DNA of 62,933 nt, the filler included. It is 4 parts of 4 records of this genome, joined end to end, with 100 filler letters (N's around TTAATTAATTAA, not from the genome) between each part and the next. Parts side by side here need not be neighbours in the genome. Positions count along the whole stretch, not along the records: positions 47,530 to 62,933 come from SRR31147125_10708; 3 more parts are not named here. The stretch is one strand, 5' to 3'. Of the stretch, positions 54,415 through 62,933 are shown piece after piece; position 1 is the stretch's first letter; each line of letters opens with the position of its first letter. A program made the position numbers and the translations under genes. The notes below the pieces were generated by a model. That model searched no databases. It was given only the letters and a program-made list of their open reading frames with translations, and was not told where the DNA came from.

Positions 54415-54658
54415 TCGTGAATCGTAAGTCGTGAATTGTGAGTAGTGGGTGGTAAGTAGTCTTCGACTGGAGTGGAGAAGCCTACTTCAGAGTGAGAGTA
54501 AATCCGGCAGGGCCCTCTTTGCTTGTCAAGCAAGCTTGGAGGGCTCTATTATATGTGAATCGTGATCTGTGAGCAGTAAATGGCTAATAATCTTCGACCT
54601 TGTGGAGAAGCGATTCTTCAATCGTTCGTCATCCTCATGCTTCAACACGAGGATCTCG
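54415..54658. repeat. Cluster of heptamer tandem repeats and short palindromic repeats
   Basis: TCGTGAA-like heptamers, two TARTCTTCGAC...GTGGAGAAGC units (54457-54481, 54588-54611) and GTCATCCTC...GAGGATCTC (54628-54657). Confidence 0.65.
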
Positions 54659-55365
54659 TGATCGAAATGGTCCAAAACGATTCGTTGATGATCCAAGGAT
54701 CCCCTCAAGAGTAAACCATTTTGGAATAGAGGCTCTCATCTCATCTATAACAGGTTCTTTTAAAGCTTCCGGTACAAAGGCATATGCCGGTGACTGTTTT
54801 GCCAAATAAATTGGACTAACCCCTATACCGAAAAATGGGAATTGTGAATTAAAGAAACCAAATTGAAGCCCCCGTTTAATTTATCAAAACATATATTGCC
54901 ACTAAGCCCAATTTGTATGCCACAGGAGCTATCTTTAATATCTGCAGAATCTTTTTTACCTGAGTCATTGCCAGCAATATTCATGAATCCAATTTGAATA
55001 CTGTTGGGGGTTGTGTTTTGTGCAGCATTTAGCAGGCTTACCTGGATTCCACTTAATAGTTTAAATGAACCACTGAAAACTCCTATTTGTAGGAAATTGG
55101 TATAATCACTGCCACTCATAAATCCGAGTTGAAAATAAGAAGAAACATTACGGTTTATAAAAGGACTAATTCCCATATTGTCTGAAATTAGCTTTAGGGC
55201 TTGGGAAAAGGGGTTATTTTTTTCAAAAGTATCAACTTTTTCTCTTTCTCTTTCTCTTTTTCTTTTTGATTGTGAGGTTTTTAAATTGTCTACATTCGTA
55301 TTCGCCTCCAAATAGCGATCACTAGTTTTTTGTGGAATATATGTATTGCTATCTAACCAAGACAT
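54635..55365 (-). pseudogene. Beta-repeat (GxQxGxxN, LA_2272-like) protein, frameshifted paralog
   Basis: Frame breaks in a G5 run (54869-54873). The shifted frame GLQFGFFNSQFPFFGIG...LAKQSPAYAFVPEALK...IPKWF matches the C-terminus of the adjacent paralog. Confidence 0.75.
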
Positions 55366-55389
55366 TTTATGTTCTCCTCTTGTAATTGC

Positions 55390-55959
55390 TTACCAAAGCC
55401 ATTCAGGAACTATTGTATTTAATTCTATAATAACAAATGTTTTAAGGTCTTCATGAATATAAGAATAAGCAGGAGATAGCTTTGCAAGATTCTTCATGCC
55501 AAGCCCAATGCCAATGAATGGAAACTTTGAATTTAATAGGCCTATTTGTAAGCCAGCTAGTTCCTTTGTGCTATTTCCTAATCCTAATTGGATACCAGTG
55601 ACATTATTAGCTGTATTATGGCCAAACAAGCTAAGTTGAATACCGCAAATATTCTTTGTTCTATTTCCTCCGAATGAAGCTTGTGAGCCGATTGTTTTCT
55701 TAGCAAAATTTGCTACTAACGCTATTTGCGAGCCTGTTACGTTTTCGCTAGAGTTCCATATTCCAAATTGACTAACGCTAAGAGATTTAAAAATAAGTTC
55801 CATAGCTTGTGAAAAAGCTGATGAGAATTGAAAAGTATCTTTGCTTTTTCTCTCTTTCACAGAAAGTAATTTTTCTGAACATTCAGAATGAGTCACAGCT
55901 CTTAAATATCCGGCACTAGTTTGACGAGGTATGTGGTTATTACCATTTGACCAAGGCAT
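55390..55959 (-). CDS. Beta-repeat (GxQxGxxN, LA_2272-like) protein
   Basis: Five roughly 15-aa GxQ repeats, AGGAGG RBS and no Sec signal. Confidence 0.75.
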   Translation of the reverse strand: MPWSNGNNHIPRQTSAGYLRAVTHSECSEKLLSVKERKSKDTFQFSSAFSQAMELIFKSLSVSQFGIWNSSENVTGSQIALVANFAKKTIGSQASFGGNRTKNICGIQLSLFGHNTANNVTGIQLGLGNSTKELAGLQIGLLNSKFPFIGIGLGMKNLAKLSPAYSYIHEDLKTFVIIELNTIVPEWLW

Positions 55960-55998
55960 TCTGTGTCCTCCTTTTAGTTGTTTGTATCTACGTCCTGG

Positions 55999-56025
55999 TT
56001 ATCGCACATTGTTAATAACCGTTGC
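55999..56025 (-). promoter_or_regulatory. Sigma28 (FliA)-like promoter
   Basis: GCAA-N15-TGCGATAA versus consensus TAAA-N15-GCCGATAA. Confidence 0.45.
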
Positions 56026-56132
56026 GTATTTTTTTAAATAAGATTTATACACATATTCTTTGCCTTGATAAATTGAAAATGATATTATTTCCCCTCTTTT
56101 CCAAAGAGGGGCCTGCTTACTTTCCTTAATAA

Positions 56133-56293
56133 TTACTGTTATAGCGGTAACTATTTACAGTTAATTACGTTTTAGAGACGAAAAAGAGGTTTAGATGATA
56201 AAATATACTGGTAAAGCGGTAAATATTACCTATTATGATGCTTTAACTTGCATTATTTGTTAAAGAACGATAAAATTACTGCTATAAAAGAAA
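56133..56293 (+). promoter_or_regulatory. hip operon promoter with three 18-bp operator-like palindromes
   Basis: TTACTGTTATAGCGGTAA (56133), ATACTGGTAAAGCGGTAA (56205) and TTACTGCTATAAAAGAAA (56276); TTGCAT-17-TAAAAT at 56248-56276. Confidence 0.6.
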
Positions 56294-56305
56294 CAAAGAG
56301 GTGTT

Positions 56306-56542
56306 ATGAAATATGATATAGAGAAAATTGTGAGATATCATCGGAAAGAGGCTGGGATTACTCAAGTGGAATTGGCAGAATTGGCAGGTGTTGGGAAAAC
56401 CGTAATATTCGATATCGAAAAAGGTAAGGAGAGTATTCGGTTCAGTACGCTGTTAAAAGTCTTACAGGTACTCAATATTGATATCGAACTAAAAAGCCCT
56501 ATCATGAATAAAGCCATGGAGGTCATCAATGAGAAGAGTTAA
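56306..56542 (+). CDS. hipB: HipB-like XRE HTH regulator
   Basis: RKEAGITQVELAELAGVGKTVIFDIEKGK. Confidence 0.85.
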   Translation: MKYDIEKIVRYHRKEAGITQVELAELAGVGKTVIFDIEKGKESIRFSTLLKVLQVLNIDIELKSPIMNKAMEVINEKS

Positions 56543-56839
56543 AGTTTTCATGCATAAAATATTTACAGGTTATCTCGAAGAGCTTGATGAACCCGGCAAA
56601 TATAGATTTGTATATAATGATAACTATTCTGGTCCCCCGATTTCTCTCTCAATGCCTATTAGCGACACATTATACGAGTTTAATTTGTTCCCACCTATTT
56701 TTGATGGACTCTTACCCGAAGGTCTTCAACTTGAGGCCCTACTCAGAATAAAAAAATTGATAAGACAGACTATGTTTCACAACTAGTTTCCGTAGGTAAA
56801 GATCTCGTTGGTGCAATAACCGTTGAGGTAGATGGATGA
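56529..56839 (+). CDS. hipS: HipA N-terminal (HipS-like) protein, frameshifted in an A7 run
   Basis: PISLSMP and PIFDGLLPEG. One extra A at 56750-56756 restores IDKTDYVSQLVSVGKDLVGAITVEVDG* with ATGA coupling to hipT. Confidence 0.8.
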
Positions 56840-57771
56840 AAAAGAATCGATGTCCAATAACATACGAGATGTGTGATGGAAAATATAGTCATCGTGGGTT
56901 AGTGAAGCTATCACCAAAACTTTTATCATTAGAGGATATACAACTTTCTGCAGAAGAGCAGAGAATGGAAGCGGCACAGCGTGCTGTTAAGATGTCAATT
57001 CAAGGTGTTCAAGCAAAGTTGAGCGCTAGGCTAAATGTTAAAAAAGGAAAGTTTGAAATAGTTGATACGGGTGGTACTTATATCCTAAAGCCGCAAAGCG
57101 CTTTGTATAAACAGGTTGCTGAAAATGAAGATTTGACAATGCGTCTTGCGAAGGTTGCGGGTATTGATACTCCTTTTCATGGAATGATTTATAGTTCAGA
57201 TGGCAGTATGACATATTTCATCAAGCGCTTTGATAGATATAGCAAGGGAAAGAAGTATGCATTGGAAGACTTCGCGCAACTTGCAGGCATGAGTAGGGAT
57301 ACGAAATATGATTATTCCATGGAAAAACTTATACCGATAATCGAAAAATATTGTACCTTTCCAGCGATAGAAAAAAGACAACTCTTTTTGAGAATGATGT
57401 TTTGTTTTTTGACAGGGAATGAGGATATGCATCTAAAAAATTTCTCTCTTATAACAAGAGATAACAAGGTTGAGTTAAGTCCTGCATATGACTTGTTGAA
57501 CACAACAATTGCTATGAAAAATGTTACGGAGCAATTTGCCCTGCCTCTTAAAGGGAAAAAGAGTGGCCTCACAAAAAATATATTGGTGAGCTATTTTGGA
57601 ATTGAGCGGTTGGGCTTGCAGGAGAAAGTTGTTGAGAATGTATTGAAAACGCTAGAAGAAGGCATCCCCCAATGGAAACAATTGATAAATGAGAGTTTCC
57701 TATCAGAAGAGATGAAAACAGCATATTCCAAATTGATTGATAAAAGAACTACGATTCTTTTAGGTCTCTAA
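56836..57771 (+). CDS. hipT: HipA-family Ser/Thr kinase toxin (HipT-like)
   Basis: MSIQGVQAKL Gly-rich loop, IKRFDR, EDFAQL, GNEDMHLKNFS and LSPAYDL. Confidence 0.9.
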   Translation: MKKNRCPITYEMCDGKYSHRGLVKLSPKLLSLEDIQLSAEEQRMEAAQRAVKMSIQGVQAKLSARLNVKKGKFEIVDTGGTYILKPQSALYKQVAENEDLTMRLAKVAGIDTPFHGMIYSSDGSMTYFIKRFDRYSKGKKYALEDFAQLAGMSRDTKYDYSMEKLIPIIEKYCTFPAIEKRQLFLRMMFCFLTGNEDMHLKNFSLITRDNKVELSPAYDLLNTTIAMKNVTEQFALPLKGKKSGLTKNILVSYFGIERLGLQEKVVENVLKTLEEGIPQWKQLINESFLSEEMKTAYSKLIDKRTTILLGL

Positions 57772-57805
57772 AGATGTGAGTCGTGAAGAGTTCTCTAAAA
57801 TAGTC

Positions 57806-57867
57806 TTCGAGCGAGCGAAGTGAATTGAGAAGCGGTTAATGTTCTCAATTCACTTCGTTCACTCGAA
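57806..57867. repeat. 26-bp-arm inverted repeat flanked by inverted heptamer repeats
   Basis: TTCGAGCGAGCGAAGTGAATTGAGAA-N10-TTCTCAATTCACTTCGTTCACTCGAA (24/26 match). Confidence 0.8.
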
Positions 57868-57965
57868 CAATATTGCCATTTACGAATAACTATTTACGAT
57901 TTACGTGCAAAAAACACGTGTAAGGCTTTGACATGGTATGAGCGTTTGTCATATAATGATTGGCT

Positions 57966-60470
57966 ATGAATCATTCAAAACGTTTTCTCCTTATTTTTCT
58001 AGTACTTACATTAACTGTTTCATTATTCGGCGTTGGTTGCGGTAAAAGTCGCAAAGTGTCGTATAAGCGTGGAACGTGGACGATTCGGACGCTGACAGGT
58101 CCTGTTTCTAAGGTCAAGATGACGAAGAATAAGAGAGTCCGAGCCTGGCTTGACTACTTTCAAGGTCCTGGTCGTGCACGATTTGGAAGATATCTAAAGA
58201 GATCTGGTCGTTACATTCCAATGATGAAACAGATCCTAAAGCAGCATGGTGTTCCCGAAGAGGTCGTCTATATTTCTCTAATTGAAAGTGGATATACTGC
58301 CGATGCAAAATCATACGCAAGCGCTGTAGGTTTTTGGCAGTTTATGAGCTACACGGCTCGCGATCATAATCTGAGAATGGATACATTTATTGATGAGCGG
58401 ATGGATTTCGAGAAGGCAACTCACGCTGCTGCAAATTACTTTGTAACATTATATAATATGTTTGAAGATTGGCATCTTGCTTTCGCAGCCTACAACTCAG
58501 GTCCAGGAAAAGTTCGAAAAGGTATTAAGAGATACAAAACTGACAACTTTTGGAAGTTAACTACAAGAGGTCGCAGATATTTTAAAGCAGAACAGCGTGA
58601 TTATGTTCCAAAATATATTGCGGCAGCCCTAATTGCTGAAAATCCAAGAAAATATGGTTTTAAGGTTAGGTATGATAAACCTCTGGAATTTGATGTTGTG
58701 AAGGCAAGCACGCAGACAGATCATCAGACGATTGCAAAGTGTTCTAGATCTAGCGTTGAAGAAATTGCAATGCTCAATCCTGAGTTGATTTACGGTGTAA
58801 CTCCTCCAGGAGAAAAGCACTATAAAATTCGAGTTCCAAAAGGGAAGGGTGAAAAGTTCAAGAGAACCTTTGCAAGACTTCCTAGAAAAAAGAGACTTTC
58901 GAAAGCATATGCCTTTAAGACGCAAAAGAGCCGCCCAAGATATCACCGTGTAAAACGTGGAGAGTCTCTTTCTAAGATTGCCAGAAAATATGGTGTTTCA
59001 ACAAGAAAGCTGATGGCATTAAACAAAATTAGAAACCCAAGATCTCTTAGAAAGGGAAAGAAGTTAAAAATTCCAGGTGGGACATCTAGACCAAAATATC
59101 AAAAGAAGAGCTACACATATAATGATAGTAATGCTCAGGTTGCGGAAGTCAGAACAGTCACCAAGACTATTAATAAGTTGAAAACGTATAAAATTAAATC
59201 AGGAGATAACCTAAATAAGATTGCAAAAAGCCAAGGTGTCAAGGTTGCCGACATTAAGAAGTGGAACAAGATGAAAGGCAACACCATAATTGCTGGCAAA
59301 AAACTAAAGATCTATAAAAAAGTTAGAATCCAGGTCCCAATAACTGAAGTCGCATCACAACCTGTCCAGGTTGCCTCAGCCTCTGATACTGTAAAGACAA
59401 AAACTTTGGTTAAGAAGTATAAGGTGAAAAGGGGTGATTCTCTCGGAAGGATTGCACGAAAACATAAGATCAGTGTCAAAAAGCTTAAGTCTCTAAATAA
59501 AATGAAGGGCCACAGGATCAAAGCTGGTAGTGAGCTTATTGTTGCCAAGAAAGTTGTCCCGGTCACAAACGAAAATGTCAAGAAGTCAACGAATCCGTCA
59601 ATAGATATTGCGATGAGATCGGGAAGTTCTTCTAAAAAGAAAGTTACAAAATACAAAATTAAGAGTGGCGATACTCTTGGTGAAATTGCTTTGAAGCATA
59701 AATTAAGTGTGAAAGAGTTGAGAGCTCTAAATAATATTAAAGGAAATAATATCCGAGCAGGGAAGACGCTTGTTGTGAGTAAGTCGGTTGCTTCAAGAGG
59801 GGCTTCGGTTCCAAGTTCAGGTCGTGCGGTAGCAGGTACAAAAAAATATAAAATTAAAAAAGGTGATACCTGGTGGTCGATTGCTAGAAGAAACAATACT
59901 ACGGTTGCTAAACTAAAAGCTCTGAATCCGAAGGTTGGAAAATATCTAAAGATTGGTAAGACTATAAAGGTTACTGGGAAACCTTCGACAGTTGTTAGGA
60001 AAACTGCACCGGTTCAAGTGGCGGTAAGGGACAGTGCTCAGGCATCAGCTTCAGCTCCTGTGAAAAAGGTTTCGGCGCCTAAGATCACAACCTCGAAATA
60101 TAAGGTTCGAAACGGGGATACATTATACGGAATAGCTCGCAGAAATAATATGACCGTATCCCAGCTTTGTGAGGTAAATAATATAAGTCGAACATCTACT
60201 CTAAAGCCAGGCAAGATTTTAAGGGTGAAAAGCGGTCAAAGAGTAACGATTCCTAGTAAGTCTTCTGATAGATTGATGATCAGTAGCTCGGCACCTGTTG
60301 CTAATAATGTTAAATATAAGGTGCAAAGTGGCGATACTGCTTGGAATATTGCGAAAAAGCATAAAGTTAGTATCAGTCAAATCAAGAATTGGAATAGTGA
60401 TAAGGATATTACCAAGATTAAGCCTGGAGATATCTTAAAGATAAAAATTGCAAAGAAAAGTAGCTTGTAG
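57966..60470 (+). CDS. mltD: MltD-like lytic transglycosylase lipoprotein with 7 LysM domains
   Basis: GVGC lipobox, IESG, GFWQFM, AAYNSG and seven Yx(V/I)xxG(D/E)xxxxIA repeats. Confidence 0.9.
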   Translation: MNHSKRFLLIFLVLTLTVSLFGVGCGKSRKVSYKRGTWTIRTLTGPVSKVKMTKNKRVRAWLDYFQGPGRARFGRYLKRSGRYIPMMKQILKQHGVPEEVVYISLIESGYTADAKSYASAVGFWQFMSYTARDHNLRMDTFIDERMDFEKATHAAANYFVTLYNMFEDWHLAFAAYNSGPGKVRKGIKRYKTDNFWKLTTRGRRYFKAEQRDYVPKYIAAALIAENPRKYGFKVRYDKPLEFDVVKASTQTDHQTIAKCSRSSVEEIAMLNPELIYGVTPPGEKHYKIRVPKGKGEKFKRTFARLPRKKRLSKAYAFKTQKSRPRYHRVKRGESLSKIARKYGVSTRKLMALNKIRNPRSLRKGKKLKIPGGTSRPKYQKKSYTYNDSNAQVAEVRTVTKTINKLKTYKIKSGDNLNKIAKSQGVKVADIKKWNKMKGNTIIAGKKLKIYKKVRIQVPITEVASQPVQVASASDTVKTKTLVKKYKVKRGDSLGRIARKHKISVKKLKSLNKMKGHRIKAGSELIVAKKVVPVTNENVKKSTNPSIDIAMRSGSSSKKKVTKYKIKSGDTLGEIALKHKLSVKELRALNNIKGNNIRAGKTLVVSKSVASRGASVPSSGRAVAGTKKYKIKKGDTWWSIARRNNTTVAKLKALNPKVGKYLKIGKTIKVTGKPSTVVRKTAPVQVAVRDSAQASASAPVKKVSAPKITTSKYKVRNGDTLYGIARRNNMTVSQLCEVNNISRTSTLKPGKILRVKSGQRVTIPSKSSDRLMISSSAPVANNVKYKVQSGDTAWNIAKKHKVSISQIKNWNSDKDITKIKPGDILKIKIAKKSSL

Positions 60471-60668
60471 GGTAGTAAATACGGATATTTTAGCCTATTA
60501 GTAATAGTTATTGATAGTGGCAAGTGTTAACTCTCGCAAATCCACGTCTTTTCTAACTCTAATGAGAATTTATATCTTTCCAATTCTTGACTTTTAGAAA
60601 CCTAGTGCTTATATAACAGCCCTCAAATAGAAAACTAAACACATAACTAAAACGAAGGAGTGTGTATT

Positions 60669-62645
60669 ATGTCCGATCAACAGACCATCAAATCGATGAT
60701 GGAAGAAAATCGTAAGTTTTCTCCTCCAGCAGAGTTGACAAACAATGCTTGGATCAAGAACTACGATGAGTACAAGAAGATGTGGGATGAATCAATCAAT
60801 GATCCAGAAGGTTTCTGGGGCAAAATTGCTGATAATTTCTTCTGGTACAAAAAGTGGGATAAAGTTGTATCTTACGACTTCAAAGACAATATTGATATTA
60901 AGTGGTTTGAAGGCGCAAAGACAAACATCACTGTCAACTGTCTCGATAGACATATTGAAGCTGGTAAAGGTGATAGAGTTGCTTTCTATTGGGAAGGTAA
61001 TAACCCAGAAGATAAAAAGACATACACATACAAAGATTTATATGAAGAAGTTTGTAAATGCGCAAACGTCTTAAAAGCTAATGGCGTCAAAAAAGGTGAC
61101 AGAGTTTCTATCTACCTTCCAATGATCGCTGAATTAACAATTGCTATGCTTGCTTGTGCAAGAATCGGTGCTATCCATAGTATCGTTTTCGGTGGTTTCT
61201 CAGCTGAAGCTCTCCGTGATCGTATTATCGATTCATCATGTAAAGCTCTAATCACATGTGACACTGCATATCGTGGAACAAAAACAATCGATATGAAGGG
61301 CGTTTCTGATGATGCAATGAAAATGTGTGCTGATGAAGGCAATACAGTAGATTTCTGCTTGGTCTACAAACATGGTGAAGGCTGTAATATGGAAGATGGC
61401 CGTGACCATTGGTGGCATGAAGTAATGGCAAATGCAGAAAACACCTGTGAACCAGAAGTTATGGATGCTGAAGATCCTCTTTTCATTCTTTATACATCAG
61501 GTTCAACTGGAAAACCAAAAGGTGTTGTCCATACAACAGCTGGTTACATGATTTATGCTAACACAACTTTCAAATATGTATTTGATTATCATCCAGAAGA
61601 TATCTACTGGTGTACAGCTGATATCGGTTGGGTAACAGGTCACTCATACATCGTTTACGGTCCTCTTTGCGAATGTGCAACTTCCGTAATGTTTGAAGGT
61701 GTTCCAAATTATCCAAATCCAGATCGTTTCTGGGATGTTTGTGAAAAATATGGCGTAAATATTTTCTACACAGCCCCAACAGCTATCAGAGCTATCATGC
61801 GTGAAGGCGATGACTGGGTTGAAAAACATGACCTTTCAAAACTCAAAATTTTGGGAACAGTTGGCGAGCCAATTAACCCAGAAGCTTGGATGTGGTACTA
61901 CGATAAAGTCGGTGGATCAAAATGCCCAATCGTTGATACATGGTGGCAGACAGAAACCGGTGGTATCTTAATTACTCCATTACCAGGTTCAACTGAAATT
62001 AAACCAGGTTCAGCAACCTACCCATTCTTCGGTGTTAACCCAGTTATCTACCGTGAAGATGCATCAGTTGCAGATACCAATGAAGGTGGTTACTTAATTA
62101 TCGACAGACCATGGCCTGGTATCATGAGAACAGTCTGGAATCATCACGAACGTTTTAAAGAAACATATTTCTCACGCTTCCCTGGCGTATATTTCACAGG
62201 TGATGGCGCACGTGTTGATGAAGATGGTTATTTCTGGCTTATGGGTCGTGTTGATGATGTTATCAACGTTTCTGGTCACAGAATCGGAACAGCCGAAGTT
62301 GAATCCGCATTGGTTAGCCATGCAAAAGTTGCTGAAGCAGCAGTTGTCGGTTTTCCACATGAGATCAAAGGTCAAGGACTCTATGCTTATGTTACATTGA
62401 AGCAGGGTGTTGATGAAAATGATGAGCTTACAAGAGAGCTTGTTGCTCATGTTCGTAAAGAGATTGGCCCAATCGCATCTCCAGATAAATTACAATTCTC
62501 AAATTCATTGCCAAAAACTCGTTCAGGTAAAATCATGAGAAGAATTTTGAGAAAAATTGCTGAAGGTGATGTAGATAACATGGGTGATATTTCAACATTG
62601 GCAGATCCAACTGTTGTTACAAGCCTAGTTGATCACAGACAGTAA
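60669..62645 (+). CDS. acs: Acetyl-CoA synthetase
   Basis: [21 protein letters not shown] and [14 protein letters not shown] at 60669 follows AAGGAG. Confidence 0.97.
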   Translation: MSDQQTIKSMMEENRKFSPPAELTNNAWIKNYDEYKKMWDESINDPEGFWGKIADNFFWYKKWDKVVSYDFKDNIDIKWFEGAKTNITVNCLDRHIEAGKGDRVAFYWEGNNPEDKKTYTYKDLYEEVCKCANVLKANGVKKGDRVSIYLPMIAELTIAMLACARIGAIHSIVFGGFSAEALRDRIIDSSCKALITCDTAYRGTKTIDMKGVSDDAMKMCADEGNTVDFCLVYKHGEGCNMEDGRDHWWHEVMANAENTCEPEVMDAEDPLFILYTSGSTGKPKGVVHTTAGYMIYANTTFKYVFDYHPEDIYWCTADIGWVTGHSYIVYGPLCECATSVMFEGVPNYPNPDRFWDVCEKYGVNIFYTAPTAIRAIMREGDDWVEKHDLSKLKILGTVGEPINPEAWMWYYDKVGGSKCPIVDTWWQTETGGILITPLPGSTEIKPGSATYPFFGVNPVIYREDASVADTNEGGYLIIDRPWPGIMRTVWNHHERFKETYFSRFPGVYFTGDGARVDEDGYFWLMGRVDDVINVSGHRIGTAEVESALVSHAKVAEAAVVGFPHEIKGQGLYAYVTLKQGVDENDELTRELVAHVRKEIGPIASPDKLQFSNSLPKTRSGKIMRRILRKIAEGDVDNMGDISTLADPTVVTSLVDHRQ

Positions 62646-62673
62646 TCTATTTGAAAAAATAGAATGTTATTCT

Positions 62674-62709
62674 AAGGGCTCCAGTGAATTTCACTGGAGC
62701 CCTTTTATT
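62674..62709 (+). terminator. Intrinsic terminator after acs
   Basis: AAGGGCTCCAGTGAA-t-TTCACTGGAGCCCTT followed by T-rich sequence. Confidence 0.85.
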
Positions 62710-62823
62710 ATGTTCTTATGACGAAGCCAAAGTCTATCAAGTGGCGAAGGAAGAACCCTCCGAAGCCTTGTGTATAGAAGAGTCACAAAAAGTGGCAGTG
62801 TAACTCAGGGGGATAAATTGTTT

Positions 62824-62853
62824 GTCATCCTCGGGCTTGACTCGGGGATCTCG
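62824..62853. repeat. Short palindromic repeat, second copy of the 54628-54658 element
   Basis: GTCATCCTCGGGCTTGACTCGGGGATCTCG. Confidence 0.65.
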
Positions 62854-62933
62854 AGTAATCTAATAGCTTTCGAACAAAATTGAGAAGCCCAATTAAAAAA
62901 TTAATCTATTTTATATTTGTCTACAGGCTTCGA

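Noticed and set aside
54415-57907. CRISPR array or integron attC sites
   Set aside because: No regular repeat-spacer periodicity, no cas or integrase gene, and no clear RYYYAAC/GTTRRRY ends.

Overview
This window is not one locus. It is four unrelated contigs joined by artificial 100-nt N spacers containing TTAATTAATTAA (27740-27839, 33054-33153, 47430-47529), so nothing is syntenic across those joins. Taxonomy below is inferred from gene content and base composition. Contig 1 (1-27739, AT-rich, standard code, Acholeplasmatales/Izemoplasmatales-like Bacilli) carries hflX, pflBA-fhs-folD, a guanine riboswitch ahead of ppa-yebC, glyA coupled to an atypical Rnf operon, rpmE, a Tdk-TadA fusion abutting an SRP RNA with a non-GNRA loop, tkt and mnmG-rsmG-parA-parB. 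The Rnf operon has two double-FMN-domain RnfG-like proteins, an extra small 4-Cys membrane protein, a short RnfB, and downstream apbE, NusG-II-domain and Gx-transporter genes. Contig 2 (27840-33053, Firmicutes) is a type VIIb secretion locus: esxA-essA-esaB-essB-essC plus DUF4176. Contig 3 (33154-47429, higher-GC Clostridia) has the ftsH 3' end, an ECF sigma/anti-sigma pair, an enoyl-CoA hydratase, a divergent Amt-PII fusion and type III glnA with matching leader terminators, several accessory enzymes, a glycyl-radical activase and a GTAG-type REP. Contig 4 (47530-62933, deltaproteobacteria-like) has murG-murC-murB-ftsQAZ, a repeat-bracketed island with two paralogous beta-repeat proteins and a hipBST-like toxin-antitoxin module, a 7-LysM MltD and acs. 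The best candidates for undescribed biology are the expanded-flavin Rnf variant with an extra subunit, the guanine riboswitch ahead of ppa, the single-hairpin ANTAR-like nitrogen leaders and the sigma28-like-promoter paralog pair. Four frameshifts all fall in homopolymers and may be sequencing errors. All calls are by eye; no database searches were run.
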